Below, piece after piece: positions 1 through 10,159 of a DNA stretch of 64,000 nucleotides. The notes below the pieces were generated by a model. That model worked only from the letters and a program-made list of their open reading frames with translations, made no database searches and had not been told where the DNA came from. Numbering within the stretch: the first letter of the stretch is position 1; the number at the start of each line of letters is the position of its first letter. The DNA comes from Lachnospiraceae bacterium (lineage in GTDB: Bacteria; Bacillota; Clostridia; Lachnospirales; Lachnospiraceae). Both the position numbers and the translations under genes were made by a program. The stretch is taken from NCBI GenBank assembly GCA_030526195.1, contig JAUNDG010000002.1:25248-89247 (forward strand). The letters run 5' to 3'.

Positions 1-1
1 G

Positions 2-382
2 GGTCCCTACGAGCCAAAGCGCTTTTTCGAGGCAGTAAAAGGATTTGAGGATGTGCCGGAGGGCGGCGAGCGCTGCTTTATCTGTTATGAAATGCGTCTG
101 CGGGAATCCGCCCGATTGGCGGCGGAGGGCAGTTATGATTATTTCACCACGACCCTCACCATCAGCCCCTTAAAGAACAGCGCCAAACTTAATGAGATCG
201 GCCGTCGGCTGGAGGCTGAGTACGGTGTGAAGTGGTTGCCTTCGGATTTTAAAAAGAAGAACGGCTATCTGACATCCATCGAGCTGTCAAAACAGTATGA
301 GCTTTACCGCCAGAACTACTGTGGCTGCGTATTTTCGCGGCGGGAGGCGGAAGCAAGAGAGCAGGCTAAAACTGACGAATAG
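2..382 (+). CDS. queH: epoxyqueuosine reductase QueH (DUF208), 5'-truncated by window edge
   Basis: The reading frame is open from the window edge (GPYEPKRFFEAVKGFEDVPEGGERCFICYEMRL...NYCGCVFS). The Cys motifs and the C-terminal layout fit DUF208/QueH. Confidence 0.65.
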   Translation, partial: GPYEPKRFFEAVKGFEDVPEGGERCFICYEMRLRESARLAAEGSYDYFTTTLTISPLKNSAKLNEIGRRLEAEYGVKWLPSDFKKKNGYLTSIELSKQYELYRQNYCGCVFSRREAEAREQAKTDE

Positions 383-517
383 ATGGGTACTATTTCAAAA
401 AAATGTGCTGAACAGGGATTTGGCAATGAAATGCCTATCATACAAATAAAAAAACATATTTCATATTATATGTGAATAGTGATATAATATCGGAATATTA
501 AATTGGAGGATTTTCAC

Positions 518-1900
518 ATGGCTCAACTTTGGGGCGGTCGTTTTACCAAGGCAACCGATGAACTGGTCAATGCCTATAACGCATCTATTTATTTTGATAA
601 ACGATTCTTCACACAGGATATCCGTGGCAGCAAGGCTCATGTCACCATGCTGGCCAAGCAGAACATCCTGACCGATGAAGAAGCCAAGGCTATTGTGGCC
701 GGTCTTGAAAGCATCGAACGTGATGTGAATGAAGGCAAGCTTCTCATCACAGATGAATATGAAGATATCCACAGCTTTAATGAAGCCAACCTCATCGATC
801 GCATCGGTGAGGTGGGCAAGAAGCTGCACACCGGCAGAAGCCGTAACGATCAGGTGGCGCTGGATATGCGTCTTTACATCCGGGACGAACTGGATGAAAC
901 AGCCCGTCTGATGAAAGAACTGCTTCTGACAGTGGAAGAGGTTATTGAGAACAACGTGGACACCTATATGCCGGGCTTCACTCATATGCAGAAGGCTCAG
1001 CCGGTGACACTGGCTCACCATTTCGGTGCCTATTTTGAAATGTTCCGTCGCGACCTTGAGCGTCTGTCTTCCATCCGGGAACGGATGAATGTCTGTCCGC
1101 TGGGCAGTGGCGCGCTGGCCGGCACCACTTATCCGCTGGATCGGGAATATGTGGCGCAGCTCCTGGGCTTTGACCGGGCCTGCAACAATTCCATGGACGG
1201 TGTGTCCGACAGAGATTACGTGGTGGAATACCTGGACGCTCTGTGCCTCATTATGATGCACATGTCCCGTCTGAGTGAAGAGATCATCTGCTGGAATTCC
1301 AACGAATACGGCTTCATCGAACTGGATGACTCCTACAGCACGGGCTCCAGCATCATGCCCCAGAAGAAGAATCCGGATATTGCCGAGCTGGTACGTGGTA
1401 AGACCGGTCGTGTTTACGGCTCCCTGGTCTCATTGCTGACCACCATGAAGGGTCTGCCGCTGGCTTACAATAAAGATATGCAGGAAGATAAGGAGCTGAC
1501 CTTTGATGCCATCGATACCGTCAACGATTCTCTGAAGCTGATGGACGGTCTCATCAAAACAGCCCGCTTCAATAAAGCCAAAATGGCTAAGAGCGCTGTC
1601 GGCGGTTACATCAACGCCACAGACGCTGCCGATTATCTGGTCCGCAAGGGTGTGCCCTTCCGTGATGCCCACAGCATCATCGGTCGTCTGGTGCTTAAGT
1701 GCATCGAAAAGAACACCGATATGGACAGCCTGCCCCTGGAGGATTACAAGGCTGAATGCGATGCCTTTGAGGCCGATGTGTACGAAGCTATCTCTCTGGA
1801 GACTTGCGTAGCCAAGCGTCTCACCAAGGGTGCCCCGGGTGCCATGAAGGCCGCCATCGCGGAAAACAGAGCCTATCTTGGCCTGGAACCGCTGGCCTGA
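518..1900 (+). CDS. argH: argininosuccinate lyase
   Basis: MAQLWGGRF... N-terminus and the fumarate-lyase signature GSSIMPQKKNPD. GGAGG lies 8 nt upstream of ATG 518; the ORF-track start at 503 is probably an N-terminal over-extension. Confidence 0.95.
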   Translation: MAQLWGGRFTKATDELVNAYNASIYFDKRFFTQDIRGSKAHVTMLAKQNILTDEEAKAIVAGLESIERDVNEGKLLITDEYEDIHSFNEANLIDRIGEVGKKLHTGRSRNDQVALDMRLYIRDELDETARLMKELLLTVEEVIENNVDTYMPGFTHMQKAQPVTLAHHFGAYFEMFRRDLERLSSIRERMNVCPLGSGALAGTTYPLDREYVAQLLGFDRACNNSMDGVSDRDYVVEYLDALCLIMMHMSRLSEEIICWNSNEYGFIELDDSYSTGSSIMPQKKNPDIAELVRGKTGRVYGSLVSLLTTMKGLPLAYNKDMQEDKELTFDAIDTVNDSLKLMDGLIKTARFNKAKMAKSAVGGYINATDAADYLVRKGVPFRDAHSIIGRLVLKCIEKNTDMDSLPLEDYKAECDAFEADVYEAISLETCVAKRLTKGAPGAMKAAIAENRAYLGLEPLA

Positions 1901-2082
1901 ATCAGGACACACTGATAACAAGAGCGGGACTGTGACAGCAGATACCGCAATAGCGAAATATTGATAAAAAGCGTAAATGTTTCGGCTGAGACAGCCCCAT
2001 TTTCGAAGGAAATGCATAATCCGAGAAAGACAAGAGGTTGTCCTTGGCCGGTTGAAGTTTCATTTTCAGGAGGAAAAGGATC

Positions 2083-3165
2083 ATGGAAAGATTACAGGTA
2101 GGTATTTTAGGTGCAACTGGTATGGTTGGTCAGAGATTTATCTCTCTGCTGGCTGATCATCCCTGGTTTGAAGTAAAGGTTCTGGCTGCTTCAGCCCGTT
2201 CCGCCGGCAAGACATATGCCGAAGCTGTCGGCAACAACTGGAAGATCGACAAGGAAATGCCGGCTTGCGTCAAGGATATCGTTGTCCGCGATGTCTCTGA
2301 TGTTGAAAATGTGGCTAAGGATGTCGATATGGTTTTCTCAGCTGTCAACATGACAAAGGATGAGATCAAGGCTATCGAAGAAGCTTATGCCAAGACAGAA
2401 ACACCGGTTGTTTCCAACAACAGCGCTCACCGCTGGACACCGGACGTACCGATGGTTATTCCGGAAATCAACAGCGATCACTTTGCTGTTATCGAAGACC
2501 AGAAGAAGAGACTGGGCACCACAAGAGGCTTCATCGCCGTTAAGCCGAACTGCTCCATCCAGAGCTATGCCCCGACACTGGCTGCCTGGGCTGAATTTGA
2601 GCCGACACAGCTGGTTGTCAGCACTTATCAGGCTATCTCCGGCGCCGGCAAGACATTCAAGGATTGGCCGGAAATGGTGGAAAACATCATTCCGTATATC
2701 GGCGGCGAAGAAGAAAAGTCTGAACAGGAACCGCTGAAGATCTTCGGTCATATCGAAAATGGTCAGATCGTCAAAGCTGCCGGTCCGCAGATCACCTGCC
2801 AGTGCATCCGTGTGCCGGTTCTGAACGGCCACACAGCCACAGTTTTCATTAACTTTGCCAAGAAACCGACCAAGGAACAGCTGATCGATGCTCTGGTCAA
2901 CTACAAGGGCAAGGCTCAGGAACTGAAGCTGCCGAGCGCTCCGGAACAGTTCATCCAGTATCTGACAGAAGACGACAGACCGCAGGTTAAGGCCGACGTT
3001 GATTACGCCAACGGTATGGGTGTGTCCATCGGTCGTCTGAGAGAAGACACGATGTTCGATTACAAGTTCGTCGGTCTGTCTCACAACACCTTAAGAGGTG
3101 CTGCCGGCGGTGCCGTTGAATGTGCCGAAATGCTGGTGGCTCTGGGCTACATCACAAAGAAATAA
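2083..3165 (+). CDS. asd: aspartate-semialdehyde dehydrogenase
   Basis: GILGATGMVGQRF Rossmann N-terminus, the active-site region KPNCSIQ, 360 aa, and an AGGAGG RBS. Confidence 0.93.
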   Translation: MERLQVGILGATGMVGQRFISLLADHPWFEVKVLAASARSAGKTYAEAVGNNWKIDKEMPACVKDIVVRDVSDVENVAKDVDMVFSAVNMTKDEIKAIEEAYAKTETPVVSNNSAHRWTPDVPMVIPEINSDHFAVIEDQKKRLGTTRGFIAVKPNCSIQSYAPTLAAWAEFEPTQLVVSTYQAISGAGKTFKDWPEMVENIIPYIGGEEEKSEQEPLKIFGHIENGQIVKAAGPQITCQCIRVPVLNGHTATVFINFAKKPTKEQLIDALVNYKGKAQELKLPSAPEQFIQYLTEDDRPQVKADVDYANGMGVSIGRLREDTMFDYKFVGLSHNTLRGAAGGAVECAEMLVALGYITKK

Positions 3166-3199
3166 GACTGACAGGCCCTGCCTGTAAAAGGATTATCAT

Positions 3200-5317
3200 T
3201 TGGGAAAATATTTATATATTGCCGAAAAGCCCTCCGTGGCCCGGGAGTTTGCCCGTGTGCTGCATGTGGAGGGCCGCGGCAATGACGGTTACATAGAATC
3301 GGAGGACGCTGTGGTGACCTGGTGCGTCGGGCATCTTGTCACCATGAGCTATCCCGAAAAATATGATATGAAGTATAAAAGGTGGAGTTTAGAGACCCTG
3401 CCTTTTTTGCCCTCTGAATTTAAATATGAGGTCATCCCCTCGGCGGCCAAACAGTTCAAGATCGTCAGCCGCCTGCTGGCCCGGGAGGACGTGGAACGCA
3501 TCTATGTGTGCACCGACTCCGGACGGGAGGGGGAATACATTTACCGCCTGGTGGAGCAGATGTCCCCGGCTTCGGTGAAGGATAAGGATCGGCGCCGTGT
3601 CTGGATCGATTCCCAGACAGAAGAAGAAATTCTTCGCGGCATCCGGGAGGCAAAACCTCTGTCAGAGTACGACGCTCTGGCCAGTTCCGCTTATCTGCGG
3701 GCCAAAGAGGATTACCTCATGGGCATCAATTTCTCCCGTATTCTCACCCTGAAATACGGGAACGGCATGACCCGTTTCCTCGGAGGAAAATGGAGTGCTG
3801 TCTCAGCCGGTCGTGTGATGACCTGCGTCCTCGGCATGGTGGTGCGCCGGGAGCGGGAGATCCGGTCCTTTGTGAAAACCACTTTTTATCGTGTCCAGGG
3901 ACTCTTTGATCTGGGCGGCGAACAGATCGAGGCGGATTGGAAATGCGTGGAGGGCAGCTCCCGTTATCAGCATCCCGCCCTTTACAAGGATGTGGGTTTC
4001 CTCAAAAAGGAAGAGGCGGAAGCCTTTATCGCTGAGCTGAAGGGCTCGCCGGAGGGCCATCAGGGTATTGTGAAGACCCTGGAAAAGAAGCTGGAGAAAA
4101 AACAGGCCCCGCTGCTTTATAACCTGGCGGAGCTTCAGAATGATTGCTCCCGTCTTTTCAAGATTTCTCCTGACCAGACCCTGCAGGTGGCACAGGAACT
4201 TTATGAAAAGAAGATGACCACCTATCCCCGAACGGATGCCCGTGTGTTATCCACAGCGGTAGCCAAAGAAATCGATCGCAATCTGAAGGGACTGCAGAAA
4301 TATCAGACGGCAGAACCCTTTGCGACGGAGATCCTGAGCGGGGACAGTTATAAAAAGATCGCTAAAACCCGATACACGGATGATAAGGCCATCACCGATC
4401 ATTATGCCATCATCCCCACGGGGGCCGGTCTGCAGAACCTGCGCTCCTTAAGCCCCATTTCCGCAAAGGTTTATGAGCTTATCGTGCGCCGTTTTCTGGG
4501 GATTTTTTATCCTCCGGCAGAATACCGGAAGCTGGCCATGACCATCGGTGTGGGCACGGAGATTTTTACCGCCAACACCAAGGTGCTGGAAAAGCCCGGG
4601 TATCTTGTGACGGAATACAGCCGGGAGAAGAGCAATGCTCTGTCCTCATCTCTTCAGAATGCGCTGTTTGCGCTGAAGAAGGGGGCTGTGCTGCCGGTGA
4701 AGGATTTTGTTCTCAAAGAAGGGGAAACCACACCACCCAAGCGCTACAATTCCGGTTCCATTATCCTGGCTATGGAAAATGCGGGCCAGCTTATCGAAGA
4801 TGAATCTTTGCGTGAGCAGATCCGGGGTTCCGGTATCGGAACTTCCGCCACGCGGGCTGAGATCCTGAAGAAGCTGGTGACCATCAAATATCTGAAGCTG
4901 AATAACAAGACCCAGATCATCACCCCGGAGCTTCTGGGTGAAATGGTCTATGATGCAGTCTTTGTGTCTTTGCGGTCCCTGCTCAATCCGGAGCTCACAG
5001 CCAGCTGGGAGAAGGGGTTGTCCTATGTGGCCGAAGGATCCATTCAGCCGGAAGAATATATGCAAAAGCTGGAAACCTTCGTCCGCACCCGGGTGGAGGC
5101 TGTCCGTCAGATCGATAATGACTATCAGATAACCGCCCTGTATCGGGAGGCGGCGCAGTATTACAAAGCGCCCGCCGGTCGTGGCTCGTCAACCGGCCGT
5201 GGCTCATCCGGCGGTCGTGGGTCATCCACCCGCCGCAGTTCGGCCACCCGCCGCAGCGCGGGACGGACACAGACGAAAGACGGGGCTGAAGCTCAGTCTT
5301 CAACGGACGCTCAATAA
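3200..5317 (+). CDS. topB: DNA topoisomerase III with Arg/Gly/Ser-rich repetitive C-terminal tail
   Basis: Toprim N-terminus LYIAEKPSVAREFA..VTWCVGHL, a type IA core (TTYPRTDARVL) and a TTG start. The tail reads GRGSSTGRGSSGGRGSSTRRSSATRRS. Confidence 0.88.
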   Translation: MGKYLYIAEKPSVAREFARVLHVEGRGNDGYIESEDAVVTWCVGHLVTMSYPEKYDMKYKRWSLETLPFLPSEFKYEVIPSAAKQFKIVSRLLAREDVERIYVCTDSGREGEYIYRLVEQMSPASVKDKDRRRVWIDSQTEEEILRGIREAKPLSEYDALASSAYLRAKEDYLMGINFSRILTLKYGNGMTRFLGGKWSAVSAGRVMTCVLGMVVRREREIRSFVKTTFYRVQGLFDLGGEQIEADWKCVEGSSRYQHPALYKDVGFLKKEEAEAFIAELKGSPEGHQGIVKTLEKKLEKKQAPLLYNLAELQNDCSRLFKISPDQTLQVAQELYEKKMTTYPRTDARVLSTAVAKEIDRNLKGLQKYQTAEPFATEILSGDSYKKIAKTRYTDDKAITDHYAIIPTGAGLQNLRSLSPISAKVYELIVRRFLGIFYPPAEYRKLAMTIGVGTEIFTANTKVLEKPGYLVTEYSREKSNALSSSLQNALFALKKGAVLPVKDFVLKEGETTPPKRYNSGSIILAMENAGQLIEDESLREQIRGSGIGTSATRAEILKKLVTIKYLKLNNKTQIITPELLGEMVYDAVFVSLRSLLNPELTASWEKGLSYVAEGSIQPEEYMQKLETFVRTRVEAVRQIDNDYQITALYREAAQYYKAPAGRGSSTGRGSSGGRGSSTRRSSATRRSAGRTQTKDGAEAQSSTDAQ

Positions 5318-5474
5318 GTTATTGAGCGGGCATCACACAGCGGCAACATGTGCTGGGGAACAACGATAACAGGTCCGGAGATGACCGGACCCGATAACAG
5401 ATGGTTCACTTGACGCCACAGGCCTTGGGTGAGCCTTACTATCTGCAAATATTACGAAAGAAGGCACCTGCGTT

Positions 5475-6152
5475 ATGTACGAAACCGTCAAAAACAGTGA
5501 GCTTTTTGATCTTAATGAAACCTATCCCGCAGCCGCTGACGCGCTGCGTGGCAAGACCTATCCCTGGGAGATCCTGTCGGATATTCATGATCTGATCCTG
5601 GCCATCGGAGCTTCCCTGCCGGAAGACCGGTACGAGAAGAGGGGCGAGGATATCTGGATCGCCAGATCAGCCAAGGTCTTCCCCTCAGCCTATATTGCCG
5701 GTCCCTGCATCATCGGTGAGGAGACCGAGGTGCGTCACTGCGCTTTCATTCGCGGCAACGCGCTGGTGGGGGCTCACTGCGTGATCGGCAACTCAGCTGA
5801 GCTTAAGAACGTGCTCATTTTCAATAACTGCGAGGTGCCCCATTACAATTATGTGGGGGATTCCGTCCTGGGCTTCCATGCGCATATGGGCGCCGGCTCC
5901 ATCACCTCCAACATCCGGTCTGACCGGAAAAACATCGTGATCCACGCTTCTTCTGCGGATTATGAAACCGGACTTCGTAAGATTGGGGCTATTCTCGGTG
6001 ATTATGCCGAAATCGGCTGCAATGCGGTGCTCAATCCCGGAACCGTGGTGGGTCCCCGAGCCATGATCTATCCCACATCCTGTGTGAGAGGGGTGGTGCC
6101 CGCGGATGCCATTTTCACAAACAAGGGCGTGGTGAAGGCCAAAAACAGCTGA
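5475..6152 (+). CDS. left-handed beta-helix (hexapeptide-repeat) transferase-family protein, GlmU C-terminal-like
   Basis: Repeated [LIV]-G-x-x-x-x hexapeptide pattern (IIGEETEV, VGAHCVIGNSAEL, VGDSVLG, IGCNAVLNPGTVVG). 225 aa. Confidence 0.55.
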   Translation: MYETVKNSELFDLNETYPAAADALRGKTYPWEILSDIHDLILAIGASLPEDRYEKRGEDIWIARSAKVFPSAYIAGPCIIGEETEVRHCAFIRGNALVGAHCVIGNSAELKNVLIFNNCEVPHYNYVGDSVLGFHAHMGAGSITSNIRSDRKNIVIHASSADYETGLRKIGAILGDYAEIGCNAVLNPGTVVGPRAMIYPTSCVRGVVPADAIFTNKGVVKAKNS

Positions 6153-6319
6153 CGAAACACCTTGCCCAAAAGGGCATTAGATTTTATACTATACCATACG
6201 CTGTCCTGTCAGACGGACCGTGTCAAAAGCAGCCGGTTCGGTATGAATCAGTCAGAAAATGACGTTCTGCGCAGGCGAAAGGTCTCATCAGACAGCGGTA
6301 TGAAGGGAGAAAAAGAGAT

Positions 6320-7933
6320 ATGAATGGTGCGGAAGCTCTGGTGAAATGTCTTGAATATGAAAATGTTGAGTATGTGTTCGGCTATCCGGGCGTGGCCATC
6401 TGCCCGTTTTTCGATGCGCTGACACAGACGGAGATCAACCCCATTCTGGTCCGTCAGGAGCAGAATGCCGCTCATGAAGCCAGCGGCTATGCCCGTCTTT
6501 CGGGCAAGGTCGGTGTGGCTGTCGTGACCAGCGGCCCCGGAGCCACGAACCTGATCACCGGTATTGCCACAGCCTTTGCGGATTCCATTCCGCTGGTGTG
6601 CATCACCGGTCAGGTGGCCAGCCATCTCATGGGGACAGACGGTTTCCAGGAGGCGGATATTTCCGGTGCCTGCGAATCCTTTGTCAAATACAGCTACATT
6701 GTCCGTAACGTGGACGATATTCCCCGGATCGTGAAGGAAGCCTTCTATTTTGCCAACAGCGGCAGAAGAGGCCCGGTTCTCATTGACCTGCCCTACGATG
6801 TGCAGATGCAGGAACTGGAATACTTCAAATATCCGGATAGTGTGAACAAAAAGAGTTACAAGCCCACGGTTGAAGGTCACGCTGTTCAGATTAAAAAGGT
6901 CTTAAAGCAGCTGGCCAGAAGCGAACGGCCGCTCATTTGTGTCGGCGGTGGTGTGCATTTAAGCCAGGCGGTGCCTGAAGTCCGTGAGTTTGTGGAGAAG
7001 CACAATATTCCCACCGTTTCCACTATGATGGGTCTGGGGGTTATGCCCTCCGATGATCCCAACTACTACGGCATGGTGGGCAACAACGGTATGAGAGCCG
7101 CCAATTATGCCCTGAAGGGGGCTGACACCATTATCATGGTGGGGGCCCGTGTGGCTGACCGGACCATCCGCGATCCCAACCTGATCGCCGATAAGGTGCT
7201 CATCCACATCGATGTGGACCCGGCTGAGATCGGTAAGAATGCCGGCCCCAGCATTCCGCTTGTGGGTGACATCCGTCATGTCTTCTGGGAACTGAACCGG
7301 GACGAAAGCACCGGCTATTTCACAGAATGGCGTGAAGAACTGAATGAAAAGAGAGCTGAGGACGCGGCCCGTGAACGGCGTGTGCCCACAGAAGGGGTGA
7401 ACCCTGAGCTCTTTATCCATGATATGACCATGGCGATGGAAGATAATGCGGTCTATGTGGCCGACGTTGGTCAGAATCAGCTGTTATCCTGCCGTCATGC
7501 GGTGATCAAGAACGGTCGCTTCATGACATCCGGTGGTATGGGCACCATGGGTTATGCCATGCCGGCTGCCCTGGGCTGCAAGCTGGCCGATCCTTCCCGT
7601 CAGGTGGTGGCTGTCTGCGGTGACGGCGCTTTCCAGATGACCATGATGGAACTGGCCACCGCCCGTCAGTATGGCGTCCAGATGAAGCTGGTCATTTTCA
7701 CCAACCATACCCTTGGGCTTGTGCGTCAGCATCAGCACAGAGCCTATGACAGCCGTTACATCGTCACGATCCTTGACGGCGATCCGGATCTTCAGAAGAT
7801 TGCGGAGGCCTACGGCATGACCTATATGAAGGTAGCCGAGGACAGTGAACGCGGCGCTGTCATTGATGCGTTCCTTAAGTCTGAGAATTCCGTGCTGCTC
7901 GAAGTGGCTGTTGACCGGGATTTCTGGGTATAA
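6320..7933 (+). CDS. ilvB: acetolactate synthase (AHAS) large catalytic subunit
   Basis: ThDP-enzyme motifs (GYPGVAI, VTSGPGATNL, GGMGTMGYAMPAALG, VCGDGAFQM). It is followed by ACT small-subunit genes and ilvC. Confidence 0.92.
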   Translation: MNGAEALVKCLEYENVEYVFGYPGVAICPFFDALTQTEINPILVRQEQNAAHEASGYARLSGKVGVAVVTSGPGATNLITGIATAFADSIPLVCITGQVASHLMGTDGFQEADISGACESFVKYSYIVRNVDDIPRIVKEAFYFANSGRRGPVLIDLPYDVQMQELEYFKYPDSVNKKSYKPTVEGHAVQIKKVLKQLARSERPLICVGGGVHLSQAVPEVREFVEKHNIPTVSTMMGLGVMPSDDPNYYGMVGNNGMRAANYALKGADTIIMVGARVADRTIRDPNLIADKVLIHIDVDPAEIGKNAGPSIPLVGDIRHVFWELNRDESTGYFTEWREELNEKRAEDAARERRVPTEGVNPELFIHDMTMAMEDNAVYVADVGQNQLLSCRHAVIKNGRFMTSGGMGTMGYAMPAALGCKLADPSRQVVAVCGDGAFQMTMMELATARQYGVQMKLVIFTNHTLGLVRQHQHRAYDSRYIVTILDGDPDLQKIAEAYGMTYMKVAEDSERGAVIDAFLKSENSVLLEVAVDRDFWV

Positions 7934-7951
7934 GCAGGGAGGAAGAGCGGT

Positions 7952-8464
7952 ATGTTTGAAAACAATTCTCAGGAAAAAATCATGAAGCGTATTTATTCTG
8001 TGCTTGTGGAAAACAGAGCCGGTGTGCTGAGCAAAGTGGCCGGTCTTTTCTGGAGACGGTGCTTCAATATCGAATCCCTGGCCGTCGGCGAGACAGAAGA
8101 TCCGACTGTATCCAATATGGTCATTGTCTCCTCCGGAGATGAACGGACACTGGAGCAGATCGAAAAACAGCTGAATAAGAAGCTGGATGTCATCAAGGTC
8201 CGGACCTTCTCCGAGCAGGATGCGGTTTCCCGTGAACTGATGCTGCTGAAGGTGCGCTATACCCGGGACAACCGACGGGATATCATTGAAAACTGTCAGC
8301 TCATGGGGGCACAGGTGGTGGATATGTCCTCTAACCTGATGACCATTCAGATGTGCGATACACCGGAGCGCGTCCGCATTTTCATTGATAACATGCGGGG
8401 TATCCGGATCGTGGAACTGACCAGAACCGGTATGGTTTCCATGGTCAAATGCAGTGAAACATAA
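7952..8464 (+). CDS. ilvN: acetolactate synthase small (regulatory, ACT-domain) subunit, copy 1
   Basis: YSVLVENRAGVLSKVAGLFWRRCFNIESLAVGETED is the canonical IlvN/IlvH ACT N-terminus. A GGGAGGAAGAG RBS precedes ATG 7952. Confidence 0.85.
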   Translation: MFENNSQEKIMKRIYSVLVENRAGVLSKVAGLFWRRCFNIESLAVGETEDPTVSNMVIVSSGDERTLEQIEKQLNKKLDVIKVRTFSEQDAVSRELMLLKVRYTRDNRRDIIENCQLMGAQVVDMSSNLMTIQMCDTPERVRIFIDNMRGIRIVELTRTGMVSMVKCSET

Positions 8465-8479
8465 CATTTTTTACTTTTA

Positions 8480-8508
8480 TTGACAAAAGTGTCAAGCGGC
8501 AGTAATAT
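8480..8508 (+). promoter_or_regulatory. candidate sigma-A promoter inside the ilv cluster (TTGACA-17-TAATAT)
   Basis: TTGACA at 8480-8485, a 17-nt spacer and TAATAT at 8503-8508, lying between the two ilvN paralogs. Confidence 0.45.
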
Positions 8509-8542
8509 TAGTACGTATGTCGCTTATTTAAGGAGTATCAAA

Positions 8543-9040
8543 ATGGAAAAGATCACTTTTTCTCTGCTTGTGGACAATACTCCGGGTGTTCTGGGACGCA
8601 TCGCCGGCCTCTTCAGCCGACGGGCTTATAACATTGAAAGTGTCACCTCAGGTGTCACATCAAACCCGGGCATTTTCCGGATGACCATTGTGTCAAGCGT
8701 TGATAAAGGAAATACTGATCAGATCATGGCTCAGCTGGAAAAGCTGGTTGACGTCCGCAGCATTAAGATCCTGAAGCCGGATAATTCCGTCACCCATGAA
8801 CTGATGATGGTTAAGGTCATGGCCGATGAAGAGGCCAGACATCATCTGATCTCTGTTGCTGAGATCTTCCATGCCAGAATCGTTGATGTTCAGAAGGATT
8901 GTCTGACCTTCGAACTGACGGGCCGTCAGGCCAAGCTGGAAGCATTCCTTGAAATGTGCAGCAACTATCAGATCGCGGAGATCGCCAGAACCGGTGTCAC
9001 CGGCCTTTCTCGCGGATCCGATGGCATTAAATATCTTTGA
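8543..9040 (+). CDS. second acetolactate synthase small-subunit (ACT-domain) paralog
   Basis: FSLLVDNTPGVLGRIAGLFSRRAYNIESVTSGVTSNPG parallels copy 1. AAGGAG lies 7 nt upstream of ATG 8543; the ORF-track start at 8480 is an over-extension. Confidence 0.8.
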   Translation: MEKITFSLLVDNTPGVLGRIAGLFSRRAYNIESVTSGVTSNPGIFRMTIVSSVDKGNTDQIMAQLEKLVDVRSIKILKPDNSVTHELMMVKVMADEEARHHLISVAEIFHARIVDVQKDCLTFELTGRQAKLEAFLEMCSNYQIAEIARTGVTGLSRGSDGIKYL

Positions 9041-9052
9041 GGTACCAATTAA

Positions 9053-10093
<1,041 letters not shown>

Positions 10094-10103
10094 TGTGATC
10101 CAT

Positions 10104-10136
10104 AAAGGGACGGCCGTCAGGTCCGTCCCTTTTCTA
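10104..10136 (+). terminator. intrinsic terminator/attenuator between ilvC and leuC
   Basis: GGGACGG-N9-CCGTCCC stem followed by TTTTCT. Confidence 0.6.
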
Positions 10137-10159
10137 AAACAATAAGGGAGATATTCATC

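Noticed and set aside
420-500. ArgR/AhrC ARG boxes upstream of argH (AATGAAATGCCTATCATA and TTTCATATTATATGTGAATA near a TATAAT at 483-488).
   Set aside because: The region is AT-rich with only partial matches to TGAAT-N4-ATTCA. I cannot distinguish this from chance without a PWM scan.
461-1261. Long antisense ORFs opposite well-supported genes. Examples: 461-1261(-), 2338-3084(-), 7484-8467(-), 21046-21930(-), 29080-30132(-), 46206-46796(+), 49152-49862(+), 50771-52150(+) and 53626-54606(+).
   Set aside because: Each lies entirely within a gene on the other strand that has clear family motifs. Their translations are low-complexity (rich in H, R, G and D), with no RBS and no recognisable domain. 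They are typical shadow ORFs in DNA of about 55% GC.
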